A DNA stretch of 20,660 nt from the NCBI RefSeq assembly GCF_000143415.4, contig NW_003314396.1, positions 16,848-37,507 of the forward strand. The letters are read 5' to 3'. Positions within the stretch are counted from its first letter, which is position 1. The number at the start of each line of letters is the position of its first letter. This document shows positions 10,001 to 20,609 of the stretch, in pieces. The translations under genes and the position numbers were made by a program. Origin of the DNA: Selaginella moellendorffii (Eukaryota; Plantae; Lycopodiophyta). The notes beneath the pieces were generated by a model. It saw only the letters and a list, made by a program, of their open reading frames with translations, was not told where the DNA came from and made no database searches.

Positions 10001-11810
10001 TTCACTAGTTTGTATTGGCTTACTAAACTGGAACGGTTTTTGAACAAAGTGACCAACAAATCAGCCATCGGAAAAGTTTAAGAAAATTTGTGGAAAATTT
10101 TCCATCCTAGAGAAAGAATGACTTTTAGTCTAAGAATGCAAACTTTCAAGACTCAACCAACTTCCTCCTACTAACAACTTCACATAGTTTCATCTCAACA
10201 CAAATTCTCATGATCCAACAATATGCTTAAGCATCAAACATCTTTGCCCATTTTTCCGACATCTAACACTAACATCTGTAAAATGCAAAGTGAACATCCA
10301 AGGCTTGATCACGAAGACCACATCTCCAGATATCCACATTGCACTAACACTCTTCTTCAACCATCTTCAAGATCCAATGTGAAGCCAAAACACTAACAAG
10401 AAAAATGACATGGAAAATCAAGCTCTAAGGAAAATTCCTCATCACTCGAATCAACAATGCCACTTCCACTAACACAAGTGCTAGTGATGTCAACGCCCCA
10501 ACTACACATTTTCTCCATCCAACAATCTACTCCAAGTGCTAAAGGATCAACTGACGAGCTATAGCAAATGAATGTTACAACCCTTTTCCAACACCTTAAT
10601 GGGCAAACTCAAGGAAACAAGGTACTAACTTAAGCTTAGCATAATGGACCACTATCAAAAATCCAGTCAAAGCTACTACAATGTTACTTCGTGCAAGTAA
10701 ACTTAGCTTCACTATCAACCACTTTGGGGTTGATCATCGTTTAACCAAACAACTTCGTAAACACATTGCTCATTATCACATGAGTATGATATAAAATCAC
10801 AATGACTTGATCATCAATCAAGCAACACTATGAGCAATGCCCATGTTATTACTTCAAAGGTTTATGTGAATATCAAGTGTCAACTCAATTCGACAAAATG
10901 CAACATAAATGCCACACCCCACTGATAGAGATTTACAACACCCAACACCACTAACTTTTGTTCACAACACGGACAAACTCATGCCACTCTCTCTGTGTGG
11001 CATGAGACAGAGCTCAACACTAATCCAACACCAAGCTACTCAAGATGCAAAAGCAAGGTTCCTCAGAAAAGAATTGAGTATTGCAACTTAAGTCTTCAAT
11101 AGCAAGCTTAGACAAAATGGTTTAGTGCTTCACTGTTATTCATCCCATAACTCACCACTTGTAAGACCATCATAACCAACATGCATCAAAGTAGGGACTC
11201 TTGATTGCATAATGTGAATACAAGTAATGAGTCACACCTCGTTGCAAATCATCTATCCAAGAAAAGAAAATGATTTACATGTTTGATCTTTCATCCCTAA
11301 CAACTCTCTTTTCGGTCTCATCTTTGAACAAATCTCAAGCTTGCTTTTGCACTACCTTCAGTCCAATGGAAGAAAAGTTTATGAGAGAGCACGGCCATGA
11401 CTACTTGAATCAATAGATTAATCCCTATAGTCTTGATTGATCCACTTGTAAACATGCCTAAGAAGGATCCACTAGTGCCGTGCTAAACAGCTATGGACTA
11501 GCCTATTTGCCACTCATAGCAAACTCAAGGAGGTTTGCTTTCACCTGTGGTACATGGAACAACTCATGGAACCACCGATAGGCTAACATTAATCCTGCCA
11601 ACTCAAACTGTAACCTCAAGTGCTAATGTGCCTCACTCACGAGCCCAAGCGCAAACTCGTGCAACCGAAACATCTCAAATCCATCTTATGAGCCCAAGAG
11701 CAAGCTCACATTATAAGGTACAACAAGGTAACCAAATCCATACCCAAGGAACGATTGCGAAGCCTTTTGCACTCAAATGTGTACCCACTCAGATCATCAT
11801 TTTCATCTCA

Positions 11811-12031
11811 TTACCGGACTAAGTATGCTTAGCTAATAACACATAGAAATTCCATCCTTATACTCGTCCGGTCTAAGTACACTTGAAATGCCCAATTAAC
11901 TCCACTAGCACAAGAGGGACTGATAAAGGGTCCAGCATTACCGACCTTCTGCCATTGTGGCAGTAAGGAAAGAGTGTTCATAAGGACTGGCCGACAGGTA
12001 ACTTTCGATACCCGAAGTCACATTCGCGACA
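11811..12031 (-). repeat. 5' LTR (partial) of element 3
   Basis: Begins TGTCGCGAATG on the minus strand. Homology to the left copy ends at 11811. No PBS was found. Confidence 0.88.
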
Positions 12032-12185
12032 ATCAATCCTCTAAAAATTATGCATGTGCCATGGTTGAAATGCTTCATACAAAGGGATCAGGAATAATTA
12101 ATACCACCTATAGATCCACTGATGCCTCCTCCTAACGTTCCTCCAAATCCCAGCCCATCTACGAAAGAACCTGATTGTCTTTCAT
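12032..12185 (+). pseudogene. Integrase C-terminal tail of element 2
   Basis: NPLKIMHVPWLKCF resembles the VHVSRLKPF motif after the GPY/F module. It is followed by a Pro-rich tail and has no chromodomain. Confidence 0.65.
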
Positions 12186-12195
12186 GAGGGGATGA
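12186..12195 (+). promoter_or_regulatory. Polypurine tract of element 2
   Basis: GAGGGGATGA lies immediately before the 3' LTR. Confidence 0.8.
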
Positions 12196-12371
12196 TGTGA
12201 GGTCCAAGTGTATCACTACGATGCCGTATATTAATATTAGCATAGTAGGACTTTGATAACCATTGAATTGGTTTCAATCTAGACCACTTGCCTCTATATA
12301 TAAGCTAAAGTTTTTGGGCTAATTGATATGCACATTTTCTGTATTCCCTTTTCATATTCCATACACTCACA
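12196..12371 (+). repeat. 3' LTR of element 2
   Basis: TGTGAG...CTCACA, 176 bp, direct repeat of 3208-3383. Confidence 0.95.
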
Positions 12372-12398
12372 AAACATAAATTATAAAAAATATTTATA

Positions 12399-12412
12399 AT
12401 ATATATATATAT
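12399..12412. repeat. (AT)7 microsatellite
   Basis: Read directly from the sequence, in the AT-rich flank. Confidence 0.8.
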
Positions 12413-13470
12413 GGTAATATATTTATTTAGTACAATAACATTATTAATATGTAATAAAATATTAAGTTCTTTTCTTTTTATATTAATTTTAAAATAATCT
12501 ACATCTTACTTGGTAAATTTACTAAGTATCTGAGGTAATTGTTACTTATATATTTAAACTTAATATATGTATATGCATATCAAAATAAATAACTTATTAA
12601 TATAATGACATTTATATATTTTAGAAAGTAGCAATCTCTATTCTGTTTTTTCCTTGCTTCAGATACTCTATTATCTGGTTTTTAACTTTAAAAATTGATA
12701 CTCTAAATATTAAATTTTTTATTTATATTATTCATATTCACTATTTTTTAATGGCTTACATATTTGTCATAATGTTTTTATTCTATTACAACTATTGAGA
12801 TCCCTTAAAGCTGAGAAATGTTGAAGCCCAACAATTTTTCCTTTTCCAAGAGTCCCAAATTCACACCACTAATCAGTAAATTTGATTTATTTGTTGAAAA
12901 GAATTTTTATGCATGTATTTTATGAAAGTAGCAATATATTGATATTGTAAGTGGACTTCACATATATAGCAAAATCATGCAGAAAATATTGTATAGAACT
13001 TGACCTAAATGTAAGATTAATATAAGAAATTAGATTACAATCCTATGGAATTAAAACAAAAAAGTATCATGGTGAAAATTTTTGAGGGATTTCCTTCATA
13101 GTGGTTCTAGTGTTCTTGAAGTGTTATTACAATTAATTAGTGAATCTGACTAATACATTACTGGCACTAAATATTATAATGAAATTCCTATCAATTATTT
13201 TGATACACAATTGTATACTCATATTGATTAGACATAATTACTTTTTTTACCTTGATAATCTATTTTTATTTCTTTCTTCTTTATTTCTTCATCTTCCAAA
13301 TGAAATTTTTTTGTTATAAATAACACTTCAAGAGACTAAATGCAAAAGGTATATTTTTTAACTTTTTAAATTAATACACATGAAAGAAAAAAAATTTACT
13401 ATATAAATCCATGAATCTATGTTAGGATTAAGGATTTTCTTTAAAGGAAAATTCAGGTTTGTGAATTCTT

Positions 13471-16018
13471 CATGGATGTTGTGTGACCTCACATGAGAAA
13501 ATCCCTATATAATGGGCTAAGGTGACGCTGGTGATAACGATGTCCAGTTTGGTCAAGCACTAACCAAGTGCTGATGTGGCAAGTGGGCGAGCAAGGGTTT
13601 TTGGTTCTAGAGGAAGGATGGGAGGAGGGAAGTGATGGGCGCTGGATGTGAGCATGTGCGGGGTGTCCTGTAGTGTGTTCTAGTGGTTTAGAGGTGGATC
13701 TCTCTTAGTTTTTTTGGTTTCTTTGCTGGTGTCCATGAATGGAGGGTCGGTCTCTGTTTTGGTGGAGATGAGGGGCAGCCACATTGTTGAATGCTCTCAT
13801 GAGCAGTGTGTGGCTATCCATTCTTGATCGATGATTGCTAAATTGAGCATCATGAGTGGTTGCTAATTTGAGCAATGTACACAGAGCTTGCTTTGTGTGG
13901 CATCGGGGACTTTCAGTGAGAATGCTAAAGGCATTACTGGAAAGTGATGTAGAAAATCAAGGCAAAAGGCCTGATTTTTTAGGCATAGCAAGCCAATAAG
14001 AGAGCTATTTGAACACCCCATACGTGCATGTGAGAGAAAGCTTATTGTAGCTAGTGTGGCTAGTGTTGAGCATGCTAGTGTTTCTTTTTTAGGGGAATGG
14101 CAAGTATTGAGGCAAATGCTGCTTAGGTGTAAAGAATGAGGGAGAGAAAATCCCAAAAGTTGTATTTACTGAGCAAATTGTCAAAAGGCCAGGGTGGGCA
14201 GGCTGTAATGGCTTTGAAATCAACATGCTATGGTGGCTCAAAATTCTTTCAAATTTTTGTAGAAGATTGTAGAGAGTTGCTTTTGATTCTGGTGGCTGGT
14301 TATCTTGGCAAGATAAAAATGAGTGTGAGTGATGTATTGTAAGTGGATGTTGGCTTGGTTTGGAGCATGGAGGTTGAGGTTTGATCCGTAGATATTATAC
14401 AAATGCAAAAGTGTAAGAAGAGAATATGGGTCTTTACATCTTAATTTAGGAGGAAAGCATGCATAATATTTGTTTGCTGGTAGAGCATAGTACAGATTTG
14501 ATATTCTGTCTTGTGTGAGGACACACAAATTTTAACGGGGGAAAGACTGCTACATATGTAACGGGCTAAGGTGATGCTGGTGATAACTGTGTCCAGTTTA
14601 GTCAAGCCCTAACCGAGTGCTGATGTGGCAAGTGGGTGAGCGAGGGTTCTTGGTTTGAGAGGGAGGATGGGAGAAGAGAAGTGATGGGCACTGGATGTGA
14701 GCGCATGCGGGGTGTTCTGTAGTGTATTCTAGTGGTTCAGAAGTGGATCTCTCTTAGTTTCTCTGGTTTCTTTGTTGGTGTCCCTCGCTACACCATATAA
14801 GTTCTTGCGATTTGTGACAACACCTACTTTTTTTTCGCTTGTGGCAGGGATCAATCACTTTTCTTACCTGCCTGGCAAGGATTTTTTTGGCACACAAGCT
14901 GTTCTGTGCATGAGCTTTGGGAAGTACCAAAGCAATCACAAGGACTCTTGGCATCATGGCAACTGAATGATCAAGCTCTTATTGTCTGGTCTGGTCTCAC
15001 TGTGCTTTGCCTCATCCTTCTTCCCAATGACATTGTGGATGCTGATGGTAAATCTAGTGCTTTTTTCTTGGATTTATAACCATAGTTTCTTTGTTCTTCT
15101 GGCAGGAAGACTCTCGACATACAACTGAAATGCTGCATAGATTGCCAAAGAGAGTCAGTTCTGGTAATGTTCTTCCTCGTTTCTTTAACTTTTATACATA
15201 GAACAAGATGCACACTTCACAGGTATAATTCCTTACTTGCTGTGTCCTTAAGTGTGCTACATCATGACTTTATTTTTTCTTGGGATATCTGTGTAAGTGG
15301 TTCAATCCTGCTTATCAAGATTGCGAGCTCAATCTCTTCTTTATCACGAGCTGGCTATCTCTTAGCATCTCTTTTTCTGCTATCTTTGTGCATCCTCAGG
15401 TAACAACGTTTTTTCTGCTGAGTATGAATGATTGTTTGTTTTTGTTCCAGCTGAATGGGCGCCTGCTCTTCGGTGATAGTGCTCTACTGCATGTAATTAT
15501 GCTATACAGCACATTTTCAAGCGATCCGTGAGACTAAAATTGAATCGGAGTGCCCACACTTGTCATGGGAATTGGCCACCACACTTATCTCCATAATATA
15601 TTCTGCAAACTCTTTGTTGACCACTTTCCTGTCACTGCCAGCTCCTCCTCACAAGGAAGGTAACATTAGAGCGACTTTGTGAGTTTTTCTACTCAATTCT
15701 TCTTCCAGAAGCTCCTTTGCAAACTTTGCTCTCAAGGAGAGATTTCAAAAACAGCAACAAACTAAGTAGCACTGGATCTGAGCATGACTTCCACGAAGCA
15801 AAGAAGCCGTCCCAGCACTGTCACATACATCTACTCATTCTTTTATCTCTTGCGAGCATGTCCTCGGCTATGTTGCTCACTGGACTGGAGACAAGGATAC
15901 TATTGATGTTGGCTAGCCTTCAAAATGGATCCGGATTGGCACAATGTGGTTCACAGTGGCACTATACATTTTGTTGCTCATAGCTCCACTCATTTTTGCA
16001 GATCAAGACTTCTTCTCA
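13471..16018 (+). pseudogene. Serine incorporator (SERINC/TDE1 family) pseudogene, copy A; 5'-truncated and interrupted by element 4
   Basis: Exon remnants in family order: INHF..GTQAVL..SFG, DSWHHG, N*NAA*IAKESQFW, WFNPAYQDCELNLFFI...HPQ, LNG.LL..SVI.LYCM, TTLISIIYSA, TYIYSFF..LASMSSAMLLTG, IDVG*PSKWIRI...LIAPLIFADQDF. GT-AG introns at 15048-15105, 15400-15450 and 15660-15708. Confidence 0.92.
13508..14792 (+). mobile_element. Element 4: short non-autonomous LTR element (TRIM-like, 1285 bp)
   Basis: LTRs at 13508-13734 (last ~9 bp missing) and 14557-14792 (TGTA...TACA), about 27 differences in 227 bp (~88%). PPT-like GGGGGAAAGA at 14537-14546. TSD-like CCCTA/CCATA. The empty site is visible in the paralogue near 20270. 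Confidence 0.92.
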
Positions 16019-16918
16019 TTGCATGCAAAGTAAGCTCGAGTTTATTGTAACGTAGTGTTGTAAATTTGGAGAAGAAATTAAAAGTCTTTGGTTGGAAAAA
16101 AAATTAAGAGTTTCCACCATGGATCCAATGTTGAAGATCGATTGTGAGAACTTTGGAGCGTATGCATGGAAAAAAAGAAAACGAATGAGGAACAAACACT
16201 GATTGAGTTTTTCTTTGTTTTACCTTGTTCTCCTCTGCATAGATGGGGATCTCATACAGCTTTTTAGATGCCATGCCTCTAGAAGCTCGTGCACATAATC
16301 ATCTTCAACCTGTGAGATCATACAGTCAGAAAAAACGCTCCCTAAAAGGTGATAAGAGCTTATGTTTATGAGACAAATGGATCATGCAGATAGTATGGTC
16401 AAAAGGCTAATTTATGGTGCTAGTGGCGGATGCTAAGGTTATGGAGGTGTTACAACCACAGCTGCTACTGGTTCTTCATAGAACCTATAGATCAAAGATC
16501 ATCCTCAATGCACTTCTTTTTGGCTTTTTTATCACCTTACAGAATAGTGATTGTCTATAGAAGTTTTCTTTTTAGCAATTCCAGGATAGTCTCCAATAGT
16601 CAGGAACTTCTCCTGTATCATATGGTCAATTTCTTGAGGTCCCTGTTCAGAATTTTGGAATTTCGAGGTCAATTTCTTGGTGCTGATGCCAAAAATAGCA
16701 ACTTTAAATTACTTTTGGAACCTTTCTTTTGTACTTTAGTTGGCTGGATTTTCCTATTTTTTGTGCAGAACTTGGATTGCATAAAATCTATGAGTGCAAG
16801 CTTCCCTGGATTTGGACCTTTGGTTCATTTCATCAAGGAACGACTCTCATCTTCAGATCATCAGTCACTGCCAAGAAAATTCAAGGAGGAAGAAGAAGTG
16901 CAAAACGAGAGGACAAAG

Positions 16919-17555
16919 ATGGAAAGTTGGAGAGGGAACATTTTGGTTTTGCTTCTGCTGTCACTGGGCTTGGGTGTTTTGGCTCACGGTGACAGTTGGG
17001 ATGCAAGTATGGCTATCCACAGCTACTCTAGATCCTTTCCTCAGGCCACACACCTGTTGGGACAGGACAATACCAGTAGGTGTTCTTCACTTGCACTTCC
17101 ATGACTGTTTCATCGACATGAGTAACTTTACAAGATTTAAATTCTGCTCTTATAACTTCACTGTTCTAGGGCTATGATGGATCAATTCTTCTTGACTCAA
17201 CTCCCACCAATGGAACTAAAGTGAAAAAAATTGTCACTTCATGTTTGCCAGGAGCTTTAAGATATCAAGGAAGCAAAGCAAAGGTTGGAAGCAGCTTTTC
17301 CTGGCGTTGTCTCCTGCCAACACTCTTGCCATAGCTGCCAGAGATTCTAAGTTTAGCATCATTTTTAGAAATGCTGAATCAAGTTCTAAGACAGGAAGAT
17401 AAATATTACCAAGTCCCAACAGGATGCTATGATGGAAGAGTTTCCATCCAGGAATGTAGCAACACCTTACCATCTCCATTTTGGGATTGTGTCAGCTCTC
17501 ATTGAAAACTTTAAGGAGCACAGTTTGTCAGTCCAGGGCTTTGTTGTTCTCTCAG
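16919..17555 (+). pseudogene. Class III secretory peroxidase pseudogene (exons 1-3; exon 4 missing)
   Basis: Signal peptide MESWRGNILVLLLLSLGLGVLA; GVLHLHFHDCF (distal His); intron 17118-17169 with donor decayed to AT; GYDGSILLDST; LEAAFPGVVSC; LAIAARDS; YQVPTGCYDGRVS; LPSP; VVLS followed by a GT donor at 17556. Confidence 0.93.
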
Positions 17556-17559
17556 GTAT

Positions 17560-18000
17560 GAATTGATTTGAACTTCAGTCTCTTTCCATCCAGTTTGTAA
17601 GTAGTCATTGACACTACTCATGCACTGATCGATTGAGCGGCCAGTCACATTCATATCAGTGGCTGCAGTGACAATAAATCGAGAGAAGCTGTTGCATTGG
17701 CAGTGCTCCTTGCTGTGAAACTTCTAGCAAACACTGGCTATTTCGATCAGCTCCAAAACTGTAAAACAGTTGTAAAACACAAAATCTTAGGATCTTACTC
17801 CACCCAGATCACTGCACGAATACAGCCCATAAATTCTCTGCCTTTCAATTTCCTAACAATATAAAACTGCAACAGAACGACATGGCATTAGTGTACAAAA
17901 AAAGAAGAAAAGTGATTACAAATTCATTGTACGTGGCTTCAACCCAAGATCTCCAAAGAACTGCATGATCTTGCTCAGTAAATTGGGTTTCTTTCATAAA
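17560..18000 (-). pseudogene. Unidentified spliced gene fragment
   Basis: Minus-strand GT-AG introns at 17867-17919 and 17759-17798 have compatible phases, giving ...DHAVLWRSWVEATYNEF|FYIVRKLKGREFMGCIRAVIWVD|FGADRNSQC.... The family is not recognised. Confidence 0.4.
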
Positions 18001-19429
18001 CCTAAAATTTCCAAAGCTATGAATTCAAGAGGTGCCACTGTTTTTGCCACTATGTAATGATCTTCACCGTTATTTTGGAGTGTCACCGATGTAGTCCACG
18101 TAATTGGGAGCATTCAGCATAAGTAAAGTTGGATATTCTTAAAATGGAATATATGACACCAATGTAGCAACTTTAAATAAAGAGTACTAATAAAGATGCC
18201 AGCTCTATTGGGAGATATAGCATATCCATTCTTTTCTAATTTTACAATGTTAGAAATTTTGATTGTATAAAAAGTTAAATTTATCTAAAAAATTTAACTA
18301 TTCATCTCCAGAGAAATGCATAATTAATGCAAGTGTTGAAGAAGATAAGATCATTTTTTTTTATCATCATTGAATTTGAATTTGATGTTTTTATTTCCTT
18401 TATAAAAAGGTGCACAACCCTAAACACATCCATAGGATTGCTGCCATACTTTAAAGGCCATTGAGTTTTCACAAAACCAATGAATTATAGACTACCAAAA
18501 ACTAATAGGTTAGTTTGGAGAAATTTTAATTTTAATTGTCTATTGAGTTAAATTCTTTTTATCTGAACTGTAATGATGCCTTTAACATTCATAGTTTACT
18601 AAAGAATAATAGAGTTTCTATTATGTGTCTAGTTTTACATTTTAAAACATACATAAGTAAATCTATCTAGTTTGTCCACATTTATATTAAACCTCATAAG
18701 CCAGCAGTGGAGAATGGTTCTAGACATATTGAGAAATTAATGCATATTGAAGTTAAAACATCAATAGATTAATAAATTTGTATCCATATATATTTGTAAT
18801 TATGAAAAAAGTAAGCTTATCTAAAGATATTTATGAATATAATAAGGATTTATACCCATTTTCTTTAAAACATTTACACTTTATTTAGTGAATTTTTTCT
18901 TATTATTTTTAATCTTTAATTCAGATACTATTCATAAGATTAGATGAAATATCCATACCATTATTGCACTTTTCTCAAACGCTTTTTAAATGTCATCCAA
19001 TACCTATACAAACTCTAAGAAGTAGCTTTCTTACCTCCAACTTTGCACTAATTATATAATCTTCATCAACCTCTAGTAGGTATTATACAAAATTTATAGT
19101 GCACAAAAGAGTGTCATACATTTTCCCAAGGTTCATATTGTTTAATGTCAATGCTATGGATAAAGAGAGGATAACACTATTATTGGTTCAGTGCTTGCAG
19201 AAATACGCTCTGATCCTTGACTAAAAAAGGAAAAAAAAGAAAAAGTTTGAAATGTTGTGGCACCATGGCAATTTGTCAACAAAACAGTGTTTGTGATATG
19301 TGCAATGACACTAGTTTTAGAGCCCTCAACAATTAATCTCAAGTGCAAGGAGATCTTGGATGGACAATAATTATCTTGGAACCCATAATTTATATGAGAC
19401 ACAAAATATATTATTTATGGACATCCTAT

Positions 19430-20030
19430 CAGCTTGGTCCTCTCCTAACTTGCCTATAGTCTCCAAAAGTTCTTGGACAACCTTCTTGCTGCATCAACAC
19501 AAAGAGTTCCAAAACTACCATTGGTTTCCCAACCTCGCTGTCTCCTAGGATGATTGCCGTAGATACCACATTGTTACGTGGAATCCCGTCAAGGACTTGA
19601 CAAGCATTCACCAAGATCCCACACTTGACATACATATTGTCCAAGCTACTCAACATGAAGATATTTTCTTCCAATCCATTCTTCACATCCAGGCAATGGA
19701 TTTCTGCCCCCTTCTCTAAACAGCTCTTTCTCAAGCTCTTGCAATCCTGGCCCTTGGCAGCCAGATTCCAGCAGGAAGTAAGTGCCATGAGGATAGTCGA
19801 TCAATCCAGCAAACTGGTGCAGTGTTGGGGCTGCTCCCAGCAAGAGCTCAGATTCCCTGTTCTGCACGTATCCCAGCATGAGAGCGCTCTAGGAGATGAG
19901 ATTCTAGCTGGGCATGGTGTTGAAGACCTAGCCATGCTGCCACATTGGAATGGGTCACATTGCCATGGATGATGCTTCCTCGCTGGAGATCCACCTGCTG
20001 ACATATTCCTTGAGTGCTAGAAGTGTTTCT
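19430..20030 (-). pseudogene. PLS-class PPR protein pseudogene (N-terminal part)
   Basis: ALKE..DLQRGSIIH, CGSMAR.FNTMPS*NLIS*SALMLGYVQN, and LEKGAEIH...NIFMLSSLDNMYVKCGILVNACQVLDGIPRNNVVS...LELFVLMQQEGC. Frameshifts and deletions; no E/DYW domain. Confidence 0.92.
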
Positions 20031-20108
20031 GGGTGCTCCCTAGATCAAGAAGTGAAACCTTGGAATTTGATTACATTGTCCCTCACTTTAGTTTTTATCA
20101 GTGTCTTC

Positions 20109-20609
20109 TTGTGGGCGACATCTTGTCCGGCTGCACAGCTTGCACTTGCCAGGCTTATGAGGGATTAGCAAGCAGCATCTCTTGCCAATCAGCAAGAATC
20201 ACATATTGCAGCCTCTTCACGCTCTCCTTACTGCTCGCATGGATGTTGTGTGACCTCACATGAGAAAATCCTGTGTAAGTTCTTGTGATGTGCAACAACA
20301 CCTTATCTTTTTTTGGCTTGTGGTAGGGATCACCTGGCAAGGATTGGTTTAGCACACAATCTGTTCTACATGTTAGCTTTGAGAGTTTGGTGCTGCTTAT
20401 GTTTGGAGTTAAGTACCAAAGCAATTACAGGGACTCTGGGTATTGTGGCAATTGAATGATCAAGCTTATCATCTAGTCTCACTGTGCTTTGACATTGTGG
20501 ATGCTGATGGTATATCTAGTGCTTTTTTCTTGGATTTACAACCATAGTTTCTTTGTTCTTTTGGCAAGAAGACTATCTACATACAACTGGAATGCTGCAT
20601 GGATTGCCA
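20109..20609 (+). pseudogene. Serine incorporator (SERINC) pseudogene, copy B (5' part)
   Basis: Cys-rich N-terminus WATSC..CTACTCQAYEGLASSISCQSARITYCSLFTLSLLLAWML; intron from GT at 20275; DWFSTQSVLHVSF; GVKYQSNYRDS; YNWNAAWIA. Bases 20238-20609 align with 13471-13507 plus 14793-15147. Confidence 0.92.

Larger units (their letters stand above)
6829..12031 (-). mobile_element. Element 3: nested non-autonomous (LARD-like) gypsy-derived LTR element
   Basis: ~220-bp direct repeats at 6829-7046 and 11811-12031, with a minus-strand PPT next to the left repeat. The ~4.8-kb interior has no meaningful ORF. Integrase sequence of element 2 resumes at 12032. Confidence 0.85.
3208..12371 (+). mobile_element. 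Element 2: old Ty3/gypsy LTR retrotransposon with both LTRs; hosts nested element 3; most of integrase deleted
   Basis: Two 176-bp LTRs (TGTGAG...CTCACA), PBS, gag with CCHC knuckle, PR, RT, RH, integrase tail and PPT. AAAC flanks both sides (3204-3207 and 12372-12375). Confidence 0.95.

Noticed and set aside
7948-11822. Short ORFs inside element 3
   Set aside because: No recognisable motifs; they are expected from the skewed base composition.
13446-13465. 17/20 inverted match to 17993-18012 as a TIR bounding the gene mosaic
   Set aside because: Short and AT-rich, does not extend, and has no TSD.
16430-17104. 224-aa ORF as a real gene
   Set aside because: Only its last ~60 aa (peroxidase signal peptide and start) are meaningful; the rest is read-through of upstream non-coding DNA.
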